Source of the DNA: Heterodontus francisci | Taxonomy: Eukaryota | Assembly (NCBI RefSeq): GCF_036365525.1 | Contig: NC_090380.1 | Coordinates: 82,345,658 to 82,409,657, forward strand | Length of the DNA stretch: 64,000 nt | Direction of reading: 5' to 3' | Shown here: positions 38,818 through 50,660 of the stretch, one piece after another | How positions within the stretch are numbered: the stretch's first letter is position 1 | How the letters are laid out: every line of letters starts with the position of its first letter | The notes under the pieces: generated by a model | Database searches by the model: none | Told to the model about the DNA's origin: nothing | Seen by the model: the letters and a program-made list of their open reading frames with translations, nothing else | Made by a program: the position numbers and the translations under genes

Positions 38818-39784
38818 CTATAAATAAAAAGGTGGATGCATTTACTTTGAACTTCAGATAATGTTAACTAAGGTATGGGATTATTGTGTACACTTAATAT
38901 ACTTAAAATTCCTTCCCCTGCTTTACTCATCTGAACTCATTTAAAATAAATGAGTTAATGCTGCTAATAGTAGAGGAAGGAATGTTATGGAAACATCTGT
39001 TTGCTGATGTCCCTTGTTGTAATAAAGTTTTGGGATTTAAAGCAGTGACATTTAAAGGCTGAATCTTCAGTTGTGCAAGACTGATGGGAAGACTTGATCA
39101 TCGGGAGTGCATGCTGGGAGTTTAGTCATGCACTGCAAGATTTCCGACCATTTATAATTAATTTTCTGTAAAGAGTGCATATCTGAATTTCCGATATGTT
39201 TTCCTGATGGGAGTATTTGTTAATCTATACTCCAGACTGTATCAGACACCTGCGGCCACTAGCTATAATCTGCCTTCAATGCATGAAGTATCTGAGCTCT
39301 CTGTGAGACACACCATTTATATAACGTTTTATTGATTATTACTGTCCCAGTACTAATCCTTCTAAATATCAAATGTTAATGTGCGTCAAAATAAAAGATT
39401 AAATCTGCTCAAAGGCTGAACATGACAGACGTGGGTCAGTGTTTCCTAGCTCACTGTTCAAAACTGCATTGCAAATATGGGTCTGCATAAAAATTAGGAA
39501 TCAGGATCAGAAACGGAGTGCCAGTCCAGAAAACATTGATTCCTATATAAATATGGAGGCAGTTTTCGAGCAGGGTGGGTGGTGGAATTGCTTGGGTGAA
39601 AACCGCATGTCAACTCAGTGAGTTGGAATCTGCAGGTTACAATTCAATTGAAGCAATTAATTTTAACCTCTGGGTTTTGCATCTCCAAGCTGCACAACAA
39701 CCTAAGATGCACACCCACAGGATGCAATCTCAATTAAATTTAAAGGAACAGTATATAAATGGAAATGGAGGTGGTCAAGATGTA

Positions 39785-40236
39785 GAACATAGGCAACCTC
39801 CAGAGTCAATGATGCATTGATATAATTGCTGCTGGGTGCAGTCAGTGTAGTATAAGTATGTAAAGACACTGAAGACAGTGAGAGAGACCCCTCCCACTGT
39901 ATGAGCAATGATGTAACAGTCACATGAGAAGAAGGTATAGCAGCAGGAAAGATGCCAGCTTAGGTGGCTTGCAGAGAGTGTATATAATAACTGTAAATCA
40001 TAAAGTGTTGTTATTTAACATTTACCGGAGTCATAGATTTTCTCGAGAACGCGCCAGCAACGCTACAAACACACAACAACGTAACAGTCAGGAGGGGAAT
40101 GGACATAATTTTCCCCAGCAATGGAAGGAAGAAAGCTGCCGCTCTCACGGAAAAGGCATCTCTGGAGATAGCTGAGGGGATGAGCAGCAGGAGCATTGTG
40201 CCCAGGTCTTGGATGCAATGGAGGAAACAGTTTAAT
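39785..40236 (+). pseudogene. Harbinger Myb/SANT exon-1 relic split by a solo LTR
   Basis: After removing the LTR: [63 protein letters not shown]. Confidence 0.75.
39846..40086. mobile_element. 241-bp solo LTR
   Basis: TGT...ACA ends. Perfect 5-bp TSD GTCAG (39841-39845, 40087-40091). Confidence 0.85.
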
Positions 40237-40239
40237 GTC

Positions 40240-40562
40240 CCTCCTGTGCACCCCACTCTCCTGTTCATCCCTCTCCTGTGCACATCTTTCCTGTGCACCC
40301 CACTCTCCTGTTCATCCCTCTCCTGTTCATCCCTCTCCTGTGCACCTCTTTCCTGTGCACCTCTCTCCTGTGCACCCCACTCTCCTGTTCATCCCTCTCT
40401 CCTGTGCACCCCACTCTCCTGTTCATCCCTCTCCTGTGTACCTCTCTCCTGTGCACCTCTCTCCTGTTCAATACTCTCCTGTGCACCTCTGTCCTGTGCA
40501 CCCCTCTCCCCATGCACCTCTCCCCATGCACCTCTCCCCTGTGCACCCCACTCTCCTGTGCA
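40240..40562. repeat. Pyrimidine-rich minisatellite, 14-17 bp units of core CTCTCCTGTGCACC / CTCTCCTGTTCATCC
   Basis: About 20 imperfect tandem copies read directly. They explain the low-complexity ORFs at 40099-40653. Confidence 0.95.
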
Positions 40563-40805
40563 TGTGCTGATCCCAGCACCGCAAGTTGTCAGTGCCAGGG
40601 ATTGTGATGATCTTCCATTTCGGATGTGCTATCAAACACACCCAGTACAGTAATGTTCTTTTGATGTTCAGCCCCAGCTCAGTTTCAAGCTTGTGTACTT
40701 GTTGTCAAAGTTATTTTGATTATTGTTTTAAAAAATCCTGATAGGTATCTCGAGAATAAATTATTTTCTCTGCTTGCCTGGTGAAAATCCTAAGAATCCT
40801 GTGAC

Positions 40806-40955
40806 TGAATTTCTGCAGGCGTTTTCCTGTTTGTTCACAGCTAAATTCATGACAGAAAGCCTGTAAAAGTGGTGTTTATGCCTCTTTTCTAGGGTTTCTG
40901 TGGCTCATTCATTAAAGTTACAGCAGAAAAGCACGAGAACGCCTGCAGAAATTCA
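40806..40955. repeat. 150-bp fold-back element with perfect 18-bp inverted termini
   Basis: TGAATTTCTGCAGGCGTT (40806-40823) and AACGCCTGCAGAAATTCA (40938-40955). Confidence 0.8.
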
Positions 40956-41149
40956 CTCCCATCACAGAAAAAGGCCATTCAGCCCATTGTGTCAGTGCAG
41001 TTGTCCCATTTCTCTGTCCTTTCTTCATAATCCTTTAAAATACTTATTTTTCAAATATTTATGTCATTCTCTTTTAACATTTATAATTGGTTTAGAGTTA
41101 TAATCATAGCGTTCCTATTGACTTTATTATAGTAATGTTAATGAAAGAC

Positions 41150-41355
41150 AGACAGCCTCCTTTAACCTCAGGACATCTCAAAGTGCTTCATAGTCAATGA
41201 AGTACTTCCAAAGTGTTGTCATTACTGTTGTAACATAGGAAACACGGCAGCTAATTTGCACACTGCAAGCTCCCACAAACAATAATGGGGTAACAACCAG
41301 ATAATCTGTTTTAAGTGATTTTGCTTGAGGGATAAATATTGGCCAGGACACCGGG
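41150..41355 (-). mobile_element. Deu-domain SINE (SacSINE1-like) fragment
   Basis: GGAAACACGGCAGCTAATTTGCACACTGCAAGCTCCCACAAAC...GAGGGATAAATATTGGCCAGGACAC. Related pieces at about 16400-16560 and 57488-57682. Confidence 0.65.
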
Positions 41356-42396
41356 CTGAATACTGAAAGTTAAAATCTTGTCAGAGAATGGAATCTTTCC
41401 CTGGACTACAGCAGCCTTAAAGCTGAACTGAGCATTTGATTAAAAGGATTCTAGAAACATACACATGTTTAGCATGGAAGGAGTCCATTCGGTCCGTCAT
41501 GTCCACACTGGCTGACAAGTAGCCATCCAGCCTAATCCTACTTTCCAGCTCTTGGTCTGTAGCCTTGTAGGTTAAAGCACTTCAAGTCCATATCCAAGTA
41601 CTGTTTAAATGTTATAAGGGTTTCTGCCTCTATTACCCTTTCAGGCAATAGATTTCAGATCCCCGACACCCTCTGAGTGAGACAATTCCCCCTCGACGCC
41701 CTTCTAAATCTCCACATCTTACTGTAAATCTGTGCCCTGGTTTATGCACACATTAACCAAGGGGAATAGGGCCTTCCTATCCACTCTATCTAGACCCCTC
41801 ATAATTTTATACACCTCAATTTGTTCTCTCGTCAGCCTCCTCTGTTCCAAAGAAAACAACCCTGATCTTTCCACAAAGCTGAAATTCTCCAGTCCAGGCA
41901 ACATTGTCGTAAAGCTCCTCTGTACCCTCTCTAGTGTAATCACATCTTTACCATTTCAAAAGCAAAATACTGCAGATGCTGGAAATCTGAAACAAAAACA
42001 GAACATACTGGAAATACTCAGCAGGTCAGGCAGCATCTGTGGACAGAAAAACAGAGTTGATGTTTCAGATCTGTGACCTTTCATCAGAACAGAGTTCAGG
42101 AACACTGGGCTGGATTTTGTGGTCCCGCCACCGTGCGCAGCAGGCGGCCTCTTAACACATTGATGGCGCACCCCACCCCCCCCACCCCTCCCCAATCACG
42201 TGGTGGGGGTGACATTGGTGACGCCTTGAACGAAATCACCTGATGCAGGAGCAGGAACTGGTGTCATCTTTGAAAGGCTACCAGCCCTGCATTCACTCTC
42301 TTTCTGCATTGCAGTGAAGCTTTTCGAAGCAGCATTTCAGGAGTGTTCCAGAAACCTAACCATCAGATAGGGGCACCACTGGGCATCCCTCTGATC

Positions 42397-44008
42397 ATGG
42401 CAGAGGTCCAAGCAAGGGTGGCTCCACGGTTCAGTGATGTCTCCCAGCTTATTCTCTTCCAGGCCGCAAGGGAATGGTGGGAGGTCCTTTTCCCCAGAGA
42501 CGGGTTGAAGAGGTCCTCCCGCCTGACCAAGCTAACCGGATGGAGATCGCAGAGGAGGTCAGCAGCTGTGGGGTCACCCGAGAAGACTGGGTCCAGTGCT
42601 GGAAGAGGGTCAATGACCTCCTGCACTCAGCAACGTTAAGTACCATGTTTCAAAAGTGCTCGGTGTGATCCGGTTGGCACTGCACGGTATGCCACATGGG
42701 TGCCACTGTCATTTCAGAGACAGGTCAGGGAGCATTTATGGCACATGATTGGCTGCATATGTGAGTCAATTCTCCCTCATTATTACCTCAGAGCATGTCA
42801 GACCTATGACAGGGTAAGTCCATATGCCAGACAAAGCATCCCCAGGTTTTGATGAAGCGCCCATATTGGCACAAACGAGATGTTGCCAGTTGGCAATGTT
42901 CAATATCTGCATCCTTGCTCTTTCAGGAAAAGAGGGCCCATAACAGTAGGGAGGTGTCCAGGACCGGAGGCAGGGAGCCCGACCTGAGGCCATTGTTGCA
43001 AGCTGAAGAGGAGGCGCTGGAGTTAACCGGGAGCCAAGGAGCAAGTGGAGCTCGGGGTCTCAGCTGAAGAGAGTGATTATTGCCAAACATAGAATGAATC
43101 GAAATTACATCTCGTATGCAGACGCTATGCTGTCATCTTTGCAACATAAGTAGCATAACACCTAAATGTCTGTTCTTCACTTTGCAGGGCGATGCTCGGC
43201 AATGCCACCAGAGACCGAGGAAAGGATAAGCACCTCTGAGGAAGAGATACAATCAGAGGATGCACCATTCCATGACACTCCTGCACCTTCCACAAGCACA
43301 GATACTCTCACCTCGGTGGGTATCCGATCGGCATTAAATTTGGGGTCATGAACTGGTGAGAGCACCACACATGCGCCCGAGCAGCTGGCTGAGGCTGAGA
43401 CAGCTGAGGCCGCTGACAGTCAGAGGACTGTGGTTGGCCAGGCCCATGCTGAGCCTCAGGCTGATGATGAGCCTCTGGTGTCAGCAGCACAGGGCGTGCT
43501 GGAGTTGCAGGGAGAGGTGAGGCAACATCTGGCGGAGATATCAGAGGCCATGTGCAGTCTTGAGTGGATGGTGGGGGAGTCCAGCCATGCCATGACTGCT
43601 GCTATGTCCCAGACATATGAGAGCACGGCTTCATCCAGCGCGAGGTTGGCAACCCTCATGGAGAGCCATGGTCCTTCACTGGAGAGCAGAGATGTTCCAA
43701 CAAGCCTTGAGAGGGAGGATGAATGGCTGCGTCCCACATCTGGGGTCTCCCCTCAGGGTGATACGAGTGTGGACACCGGCTCCTCAGCCCCTCCACTAGT
43801 GAGTTCAGCTCCAGCAGCTGCAACGCCTGAGGACAGCCCTGCGCTGGTGCAGGACGCCCTCAGGCAGCCGGGGCCTTCCAGGCCTCAGGCGGCCAGAGGA
43901 CGACTGCCGAAGTCATCCCAGGCCAAGGGGCGACCTGATCAGCAGCCTGCCTCCAGTCCAGCTGCTAGCAGAGATCGCACTGCACAGCACCACCCGCAAA
44001 TGTATTAA
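42397..44008 (+). pseudogene. Harbinger Myb/SANT DNA-binding accessory gene, 3 exons, frameshifted
   Basis: Exon 1 MAEVQARVAPRFSDVS...EVLFPRDG...MEIAEEVSSCGVTREDWVQCWKRVNDL. Exon 2 after CTCTTTCAG: EKRAHNSREVSRTGG. Exon 3 after CTTTGCAG (about 43188). Confidence 0.85.
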
Positions 44009-44319
44009 AAAGACACCTTGACACATATTGGTATTCACAGGTGAGACAGATGTGTCATATCTACTTTAATTAAATGTGTTGTCCTCCCAAACATCAGCCT
44101 TTATTGTCTGAATAACGCATGCCATTATGGATTGATTATGGGTCTTTCCATTACATCATAAGCCTGACAGTATTGCCAATGTAAGCAATAACATCAGTGC
44201 CATGCCAATATGCATGGCACTGCACGGATGAAGTCACATGGGCAATGGTTCAGTCAGCTGCTGTCAGTCATGCTGGAGAGATAGAGGTTACAGAGGCAGA
44301 AGACTTCAGACAAGATGCA

Positions 44320-45230
44320 GGACAGTAGTTTGTTGTGTGAGGAACATTTTTTGCACTTCAGGGATTGTGGAAATGTTCAACAATCAGTCGTTGCCTTGCC
44401 TCCCTTGCTCACTGCTCACCATGTGGGTCCTCCATCATTGCTCCCAATGCATGGTTGTTCCTGGGTGGCCTCTGTGTTGTCATCGTCGGAGGATGTGTCC
44501 TGCTCCTGAACCTCTTCATCCTACAAGGCCTCCCCCCTCTGTACTGCGATGTTGTGCAGAACGCAGCAGACTGTAACAATGCGCCCAACCCTCTCTGGGC
44601 CATTCTATAAGGCTCCACCAGATCTATCGAGCAGCAGAAGTGCATCTTCAGCAGACCGATGGCCTGCTCGATGGTAGCTCGGGTGGAATTGTGCCAGACG
44701 TTGTAGCACTCTTCAGCATCGTTGCTGGAGTTCCTCATTGGCGGCAGAAGCCACATCATCAAGGGGTATCCCTTATAACCAAGAATCCACCCATGAAGGT
44801 CAGCGAGAGGTGTGAACAGCAGCGGCACCTGGGACTGACGCATGATGAACGAGTCATGGCAGCTGCCTGGGAAGTGGGCACAGACTTGCAGGAAGAAATT
44901 GTTAGGGCAACAGTAACTTTGAGATCCACAGGCATAGGGTGACTAACAAAGCCCATTGGTTGCAGGTCATTATTCAGCAGTGCACAGAGGTGTGTGATGG
45001 CCTCTGTGTTCATCCGCAATCATCTCTGATACTGGCACTCTGACACCTGGAGGTGTGTTATCCGAGTCCTATAGACTTGCTAGCCTATCTGGGCTACTCT
45101 GCACCTGGGTGGCTGTGCTGTTCATGTCTGGGAGCTTCCTCATGGGCTGCACCAGCTTCTTGCGCCTGCCTCCGGTGAGATGCCTCATCACAGCAAGGAT
45201 ATCCAGGAAGACAGGATGGATCATACCCAT
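44320..45230 (-). pseudogene. HARBI1-like DDE transposase, internally deleted and frameshifted
   Basis: RMNTEAITHLCALL..HPMPVDLKVTVAL, GWILGYKGYPL (catalytic GD mutated to GY), AEECYNVWHNSTRATIEQAIGLLKMHF. The GAIDCTH region is missing. Confidence 0.88.
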
Positions 45231-45488
45231 CTCTATGCTCCTAGTAACTTTGGGTTCCTTCAACAGATCAATTACACCTATCTGGGATGAGAGTTGTGTT
45301 AATAACTGCTTCAGCAGTGTCCCAGCATGAGCTGTATAGAATGGCATGACGTTGCCCACACAACCTTTAAATAAGTGCGAGCCAGCCTGACATCGTTATA
45401 TCATTTGAGTTGCCTGCACTGGACTACTGGCAACAGCAACCTTTACAGTTTCTCAGTTATGCCCCCACTGCCAAACAGTTTATCCACT

Positions 45489-45662
45489 TGCAGAGTTAAC
45501 CCCTTCCCCACAACTTCACGATAGACCAATGCAGAGTTAAGCCCTTCCCCCAACCTTCACGATAGACCAATGCAGAGTTAAGCCCTTCCCCCCTTCAAGA
45601 TAGGCCAATACAGAGTTGACTCCTTCCCTCCAACCTTTCACAATAGACCAATGCAGAGTTCC
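45489..45662. repeat. About 4 tandem copies of a roughly 41-bp unit inside the Harbinger element
   Basis: TGCAGAGTTAAGCCCTTCCCCCAACCTTCACGATAGACCAA and variants. Confidence 0.9.
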
Positions 45663-47339
45663 AACACCCCTTACTTCTGGCGATTTATCTTTACTGTGTC
45701 TGAGTTCGCAGCAGAAACGGAGGAAAACAAAGCATTACTTAACCAACCTTTGCAGGCACCAAGGACTCTCGCCTTGGTGGCACCAGCTGTAAAGGACAGG
45801 AAAGTGAAGGCACGTGAGTGATGCACGTCGAGCTCAAGATTGGAAACTGCAGGTAGGATTGTGGCAAACTATATTCAAATGGATGCAAAGAAGTACTTAA
45901 CCATATTTAAATAGGTGCTGCCACAGAGCTTCACCACTGGCAATCGGAATCAGCAATCCCGGTGTCAGGTTCCGTGGCAGCCGTTGTTGCTCCGATTCTC
46001 CGGCGACCCCCCTCCACGAGACCCGCCATCAGTTGAAGGACAAGATCCAGCCCATTAACTCTGTTTCTCTCTCGCAGATGCTGCCTGACCTGCTGAGGAT
46101 TTCCAGCATGTTCTGTTTTTGTTTCATATCTTTACTATGGTGACCAGAACTGCACGCAATACTCCAGCTATGTCCTAACTATTGGTTTATACCGTTCCAG
46201 CATAACCTCCCAGTTCTTATATTCTATGCCTCAGCTAATAAAGGTTAGTATACCACGTGCCTTCTTGACCACCTGATATACCTGCCCAGCCACCTTCAGG
46301 GATCTGTGGAATGTACTCCAAGGTTGCTCTGCTCCTCCACAATTCTCAGTATCCTACCATATATTCTATATTTCCTTGCCTTGTTTACCCTCTCCAAATG
46401 CATTACCTCACATTTCTCCAGTTTGAACTCCATTTGCCACTGTTCTGCTCGCCTGACTAGTCCATTGATACCATCCTGCAGTCTAAAGCTTTCTTCTTTA
46501 TTATCAACCACATGGCCAATTGTTGTATCTTCTGCAAACTTCTTAATCATACCTCCTACATTCAAGTCCAAATCATTGATAAATACCACAAAAAGAAGTG
46601 ACTTAGTACTAGCCTTCTAGTCAAAAATACACTCATCGACCATTACCCTTTTCTTCCTGCCTCTGAGCCAATTTTGGATCCAACTTGCCACTTTCCCTTG
46701 GATCCCATGGGCTTTCACTTTCGTGACCAGTCTGCCTGCCATGTGGGATCTTATCAAAAACCTTTCTAAAATCCATACAGACTATATGAAATGTAATACC
46801 CTCATTGACCCTCCTTGTTACTTCCTCAAAAAAATTCAGTCATGTTAGTTAACCTTCCCTTAGCAAATCCATGCTGACTGTCTTTGATTAATCCATATCT
46901 TTCTAAATGAAAATTTATCCGGTCCTTCAGAACTTTTTCCAATAATTTTCCCACCACCAAGGTTCAGCTGAGTGGCCTGTAATTGCTCGGTCTATCCCTT
47001 TCTCCCTTTTTAAACAATGGTACAGCTTTATCTGTCCTCCAGTCCTCTGGTACCACACCTGTCGTCAGAGAGGATTGGAAAATGATGGTCAGAGCCTCCT
47101 CTATTTCTTGCTTCCCTTAATAGACTGGGATACATTTCATCCGGGCCTCGGGAATTATCCACTTTCAAAGATGTTAAACACCTTAATACTTCCTCTCTTG
47201 CAATGTTAATTTCATCTAATATTTCACACTGCTCCTCCCTGATTGCAATGTCTGTATCATCTCTTTTGTGGAAATAGACGCAAAGTATTCATTAAGAACC
47301 ACACCAAAGTCCTGCACCTCTGCACACAGGTTACCCTTT

Positions 47340-48217
47340 ATTTTTTTCTTTGGCCTCCTTATCTCGAGAGACAATGGGTAAGCGCCTGGAGGTGGTAAGT
47401 GGTGTGTGGAGCAGCGCCTGGAGTGGCTATAAAGGCCAATTCTAGAGTGACAGGCTCTTCCACAGGTGCTGCAGAAAAATTTGTTTGTCGGGGCTGTTAC
47501 ACAGTTGGCTCTCCCCTTGCGCTTTTGTCTTTTTTGCTGCCAACTGCTAAGTCTCTTCGACTCGCCACACTTTAGCCCCGTCTTTATGGCTGCCCGCCAG
47601 TTCTGGCGAACGCTGGCAACTGACTCCCACGACTTGTGATCAATGTCACAGGACTTCATGTCGCGTTTGCAGACGTCTTTAAAGCGGAGACATGGACGGC
47701 CGGTGGGTCTGATACCAGTGGAGAGCTTGCTGTACAATGTGTCTTTGGGGATCCTGCCATCTTCCATGCGGCTCACATGGCCAAGCCATCTCAAGCACCG
47801 CTGACTCAGTAGTGTGTATAAGCTGGGGATGTTGGCCGCCTCGAGGACTTCTGTGTTGGAGATACGGTCCTGCCACCTGATGCCAAGTATTCTCCGGAGG
47901 CAGCGAAGATGGAATGAATTGAGACATCGCTCTTGGCTGACATACATTGTCCAGGCCTCGCTCCATAGAGCAAGGTACTGAGGACACAGGCTTGATACAC
48001 TCGGACTTTTGTGTTCCGTGTCAGTGCGCCATTTTCCCACACTCTCTTGGCCAGTCTGGACATAGCAGTGGAAGCCTTTCCCATGCGCTTGTTGATTTCT
48101 GCATCTAGAGACAGGTTACTGGTGATAGTTGAGCCTAGGTAGGTGAACTCTTGAACCACCTCCAGAGCGTGGTCGCCAATATTGATGGATGGAGCATTTC
48201 TGACGTCCTGCCCCATA
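47340..48217 (-). mobile_element. Young RTE-clade LINE 3' fragment
   Basis: LEVVQEFTYLGSTI, KVRVYQACVLSTLLYG, LRWLGHVSRMEDGRIPKDTLY, CSTCGRACHSRIGLYSHSRRC. One frameshift, A-rich tail. Confidence 0.95.
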
Positions 48218-49067
48218 TGGTCCCTAATAGAACCTACTCTTTCTTTAGTTATCCTATTGCTATTTATGTATTCATAAAAAATATCTTCAGCTTTTCCTTG
48301 ATTTTACTTGCCAATATTTTTTCATGTCCTTTCTTTGCTTTCCCAATTTCCCTTTTAATTTCACCCCTACACTTTTTCTACTCCTCTAGGTTTTTTGTAG
48401 TACTGAGCCCTTGGTATCTGTCATAAGCTTCTCTTTTTTTTCTTTATCTTCTCATTTAAGCCCCTTGGCATCCAGGGGTCTCTGGATTTATTAGTCCCAC
48501 CCTTTTTCTCCAAGAGAACTTACTTGCTCTGAACCCTCACTATCTCGTCCTTGAATGCCTCCCACTGATCTGGGACTGATTTACCTTCAATTAACGATTT
48601 CCAGTCCACTTTAGCTCAATCATACCTCATCTTAGTAAAATTAGCTTTTCCCCAATTGAGAACTTTTATTGCTGGTCTGTCTTTCTCCATTTCCATAACT
48701 ACCCTAATTATGATCACTTCCATCAAATTGCTCTCCAATGGATATCCCTTCCACCTGCTCAGCTTCATTCCCTAAAATTAAGTTCAGAATCCCCTCATCT
48801 CTTGTTGAGCCTGCTATGTACTGGGGATAAAGGTTCACCCAAATGCATTTTAAGAATTCTGCTCCCTCTGTGCCTTTCATGCTAATTCTATCCCCGAAAT
48901 ATTATGGTAGTTGAAATCCCATACTGTTACTGCCCTATTGTTTTACATTTTGAAGAGATTTGCCTACATATTTGCTCTTCCATCTCCCTCTGGATGTTTG
49001 GGGTTTATAGTACACTCCCAGTAGTGTTATTGCCCCTTTTTGTTCTTCAGTTAAACCTCCTGGATCA

Positions 49068-49450
49068 CCTTTTTTATTCTTTCATGGGATGTGGACATTT
49101 CTGGCAAGGCCAGCATATATTGACCATCCCTGACTGCTCTTGACAACTGCTTGCGAGACCATTTCAGAGGGCAGTTAAGAGTCAACCACATTGCTATGGG
49201 TTTGGAGTCACATGTAGGCCAGTAGTCCTTCCCTGAAAGATTTTAGTGAGCCAGATGGGTTTTTACAACAATCAATGATAGTTTTATGACACCATTACTG
49301 AGACTAGCTTTCAATTCCAGATTTAAAAAAAAATAATTAATTGAATTTAAATTCCACCAGCTACTCTAGTGGGATTTGAACCCATGTCCTCAGGGCATTA
49401 ACCTGGGCCTCTGAATTACTATTTCAGTGACATTACCACTGCGCCACCAT
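49068..49450 (-). mobile_element. tRNA-headed SINE, same family as 25155-25545
   Basis: Shared blocks GAGGGCAGTTAAGAGTCAACCACATTGCT and GTGGGATTTGAAC. Confidence 0.8.
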
Positions 49451-50660
49451 CTCTCCAGTGACATATTCATTAGCACTATCTTTCTATTTCTATACTCACT
49501 AGCACATGGCATCAGGAGTAACCCGTAGATTACTGCCTTTGAGGTCCTGCTTTTCAATCTTTCTCCGAGCTCCCGAAACTCTGCCTTCAGGATCTCATCC
49601 CTCTTTCTGCCAATGTCATTGGTGCCGACATGGACCACAACCTCTGGCTGTTCACCCTCCCACTTCAGAATGTCCTGCAGGTGTTCAGTCACATCCTTGA
49701 CCCTGGCACCAGGGAGGCAACACACCATCCTATGGCCAAGGAAGTGCCTGTCTGTTCCCCTCACTATCAAATCCCTACCATTATTTCTCTTCCACTCTTC
49801 CTCCTCCACTCTGTGCAGCTGAGCAATCGAAGTAATGGCATATGTATATATTTGTAGAGATATATTTATTTATTTAAATATTTACATATTTTCAGTGAAT
49901 GAACACTGGATTATTGCCTCCTTTTGTTGCCAATTATTCAGCTTTATAAAGTCTTATCTTTTTTTTATTCATTCATGGGATGTGGGCATCGCTGGCCAGG
50001 CCAGGATTTATTGCCCATCCCTCATTGCCCATAAGAAGGTAGTGGTGAGCTGCCTTCTTGAACTGCTACAGTCCAAGTGAGGTAGGTACACCCAGAGTGC
50101 TGTTAGGAAGGGAGTTCCAGGATTTTGACCCAGTGACAGTGAAGGAACAATGATATAGTTCCAAGTCAGGATGGTGTGTGACTTGGAGGGGAACTTGCAG
50201 GTGGTGGTGTTTCCATGCATTTGCTGCCCTTGTCCTTCTAGTTGGTAGAAGTTGCAGGTTTGGAAGGTGCTATCTAAGGAGCCTTGGTGTGTTGCGGCAG
50301 TGCATCTTGTAGATGGTACACACTGCTGCCACTGTGTGTCGGTGGTGGAGGGAGTGAATGTTGAAGGTTGTGAATGGGGTGCCAATCAAGCGGGCTGCTT
50401 TGTTCTGGGTGGTGTCGAACTTCTTGAGTGTTGTTTGAGATGTACCCATCCAGGCAAGTAGAGAGTATTTTATCACACTCGTGACTTGTGACTTGTGACT
50501 TGCTGATGGTGGACAGGCTTTGGGGAGTCAGGAGGTAAGTTACTCACCACAGGATTCCTAGCCTCTGACCTGCTCTTTCAGCCATGATATTTATATGGCT
50601 ACTCCAGTTCAGTTTCTGGTCAATGGTAACCCCTAGGATGTTGATAGTGGGGAATTCAGC

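Larger units (their letters stand above)
42107..46053. mobile_element. Two-gene PIF/Harbinger transposon with both TIRs (defective)
   Basis: TIR GGGCTGGATTTTGT / ACAAGATCCAGCCC, flanks ACT/ATT. Myb/SANT gene on plus and transposase on minus, convergent. Confidence 0.92.
41450..49810 (-). mobile_element. Long degenerate CR1 LINE hosting nested insertions (CR1 segments about 41450-41955, 46127-47340, 48218-49050, 49452-49810)
   Basis: 3' end LERVQRSFTTMLPGLENFS. RT VFINDLDLNVGGMIKKFAEDT. ORF1 esterase CCLPGARVKDV..VVVHVGTNDIG at 49390-49809. Confidence 0.85.

Noticed and set aside
40099-40653. 184-aa Cys/Pro/Ser-rich ORF and overlapping repetitive ORFs
   Set aside because: Produced by a Myb/SANT relic running into a stop-free minisatellite. 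Not a credible protein.
42397-45230. Host MSANTD/NAIF1 and HARBI1 genes
   Set aside because: Both are enclosed by TIRs and frameshifted, and the transposase has lost catalytic motifs. These are transposon copies, not domesticated genes.
45489-45662. Regularly spaced repeats superficially like a CRISPR array
   Set aside because: Head-to-tail tandem units with no unique spacers, inside a eukaryotic transposon, and no cas genes.
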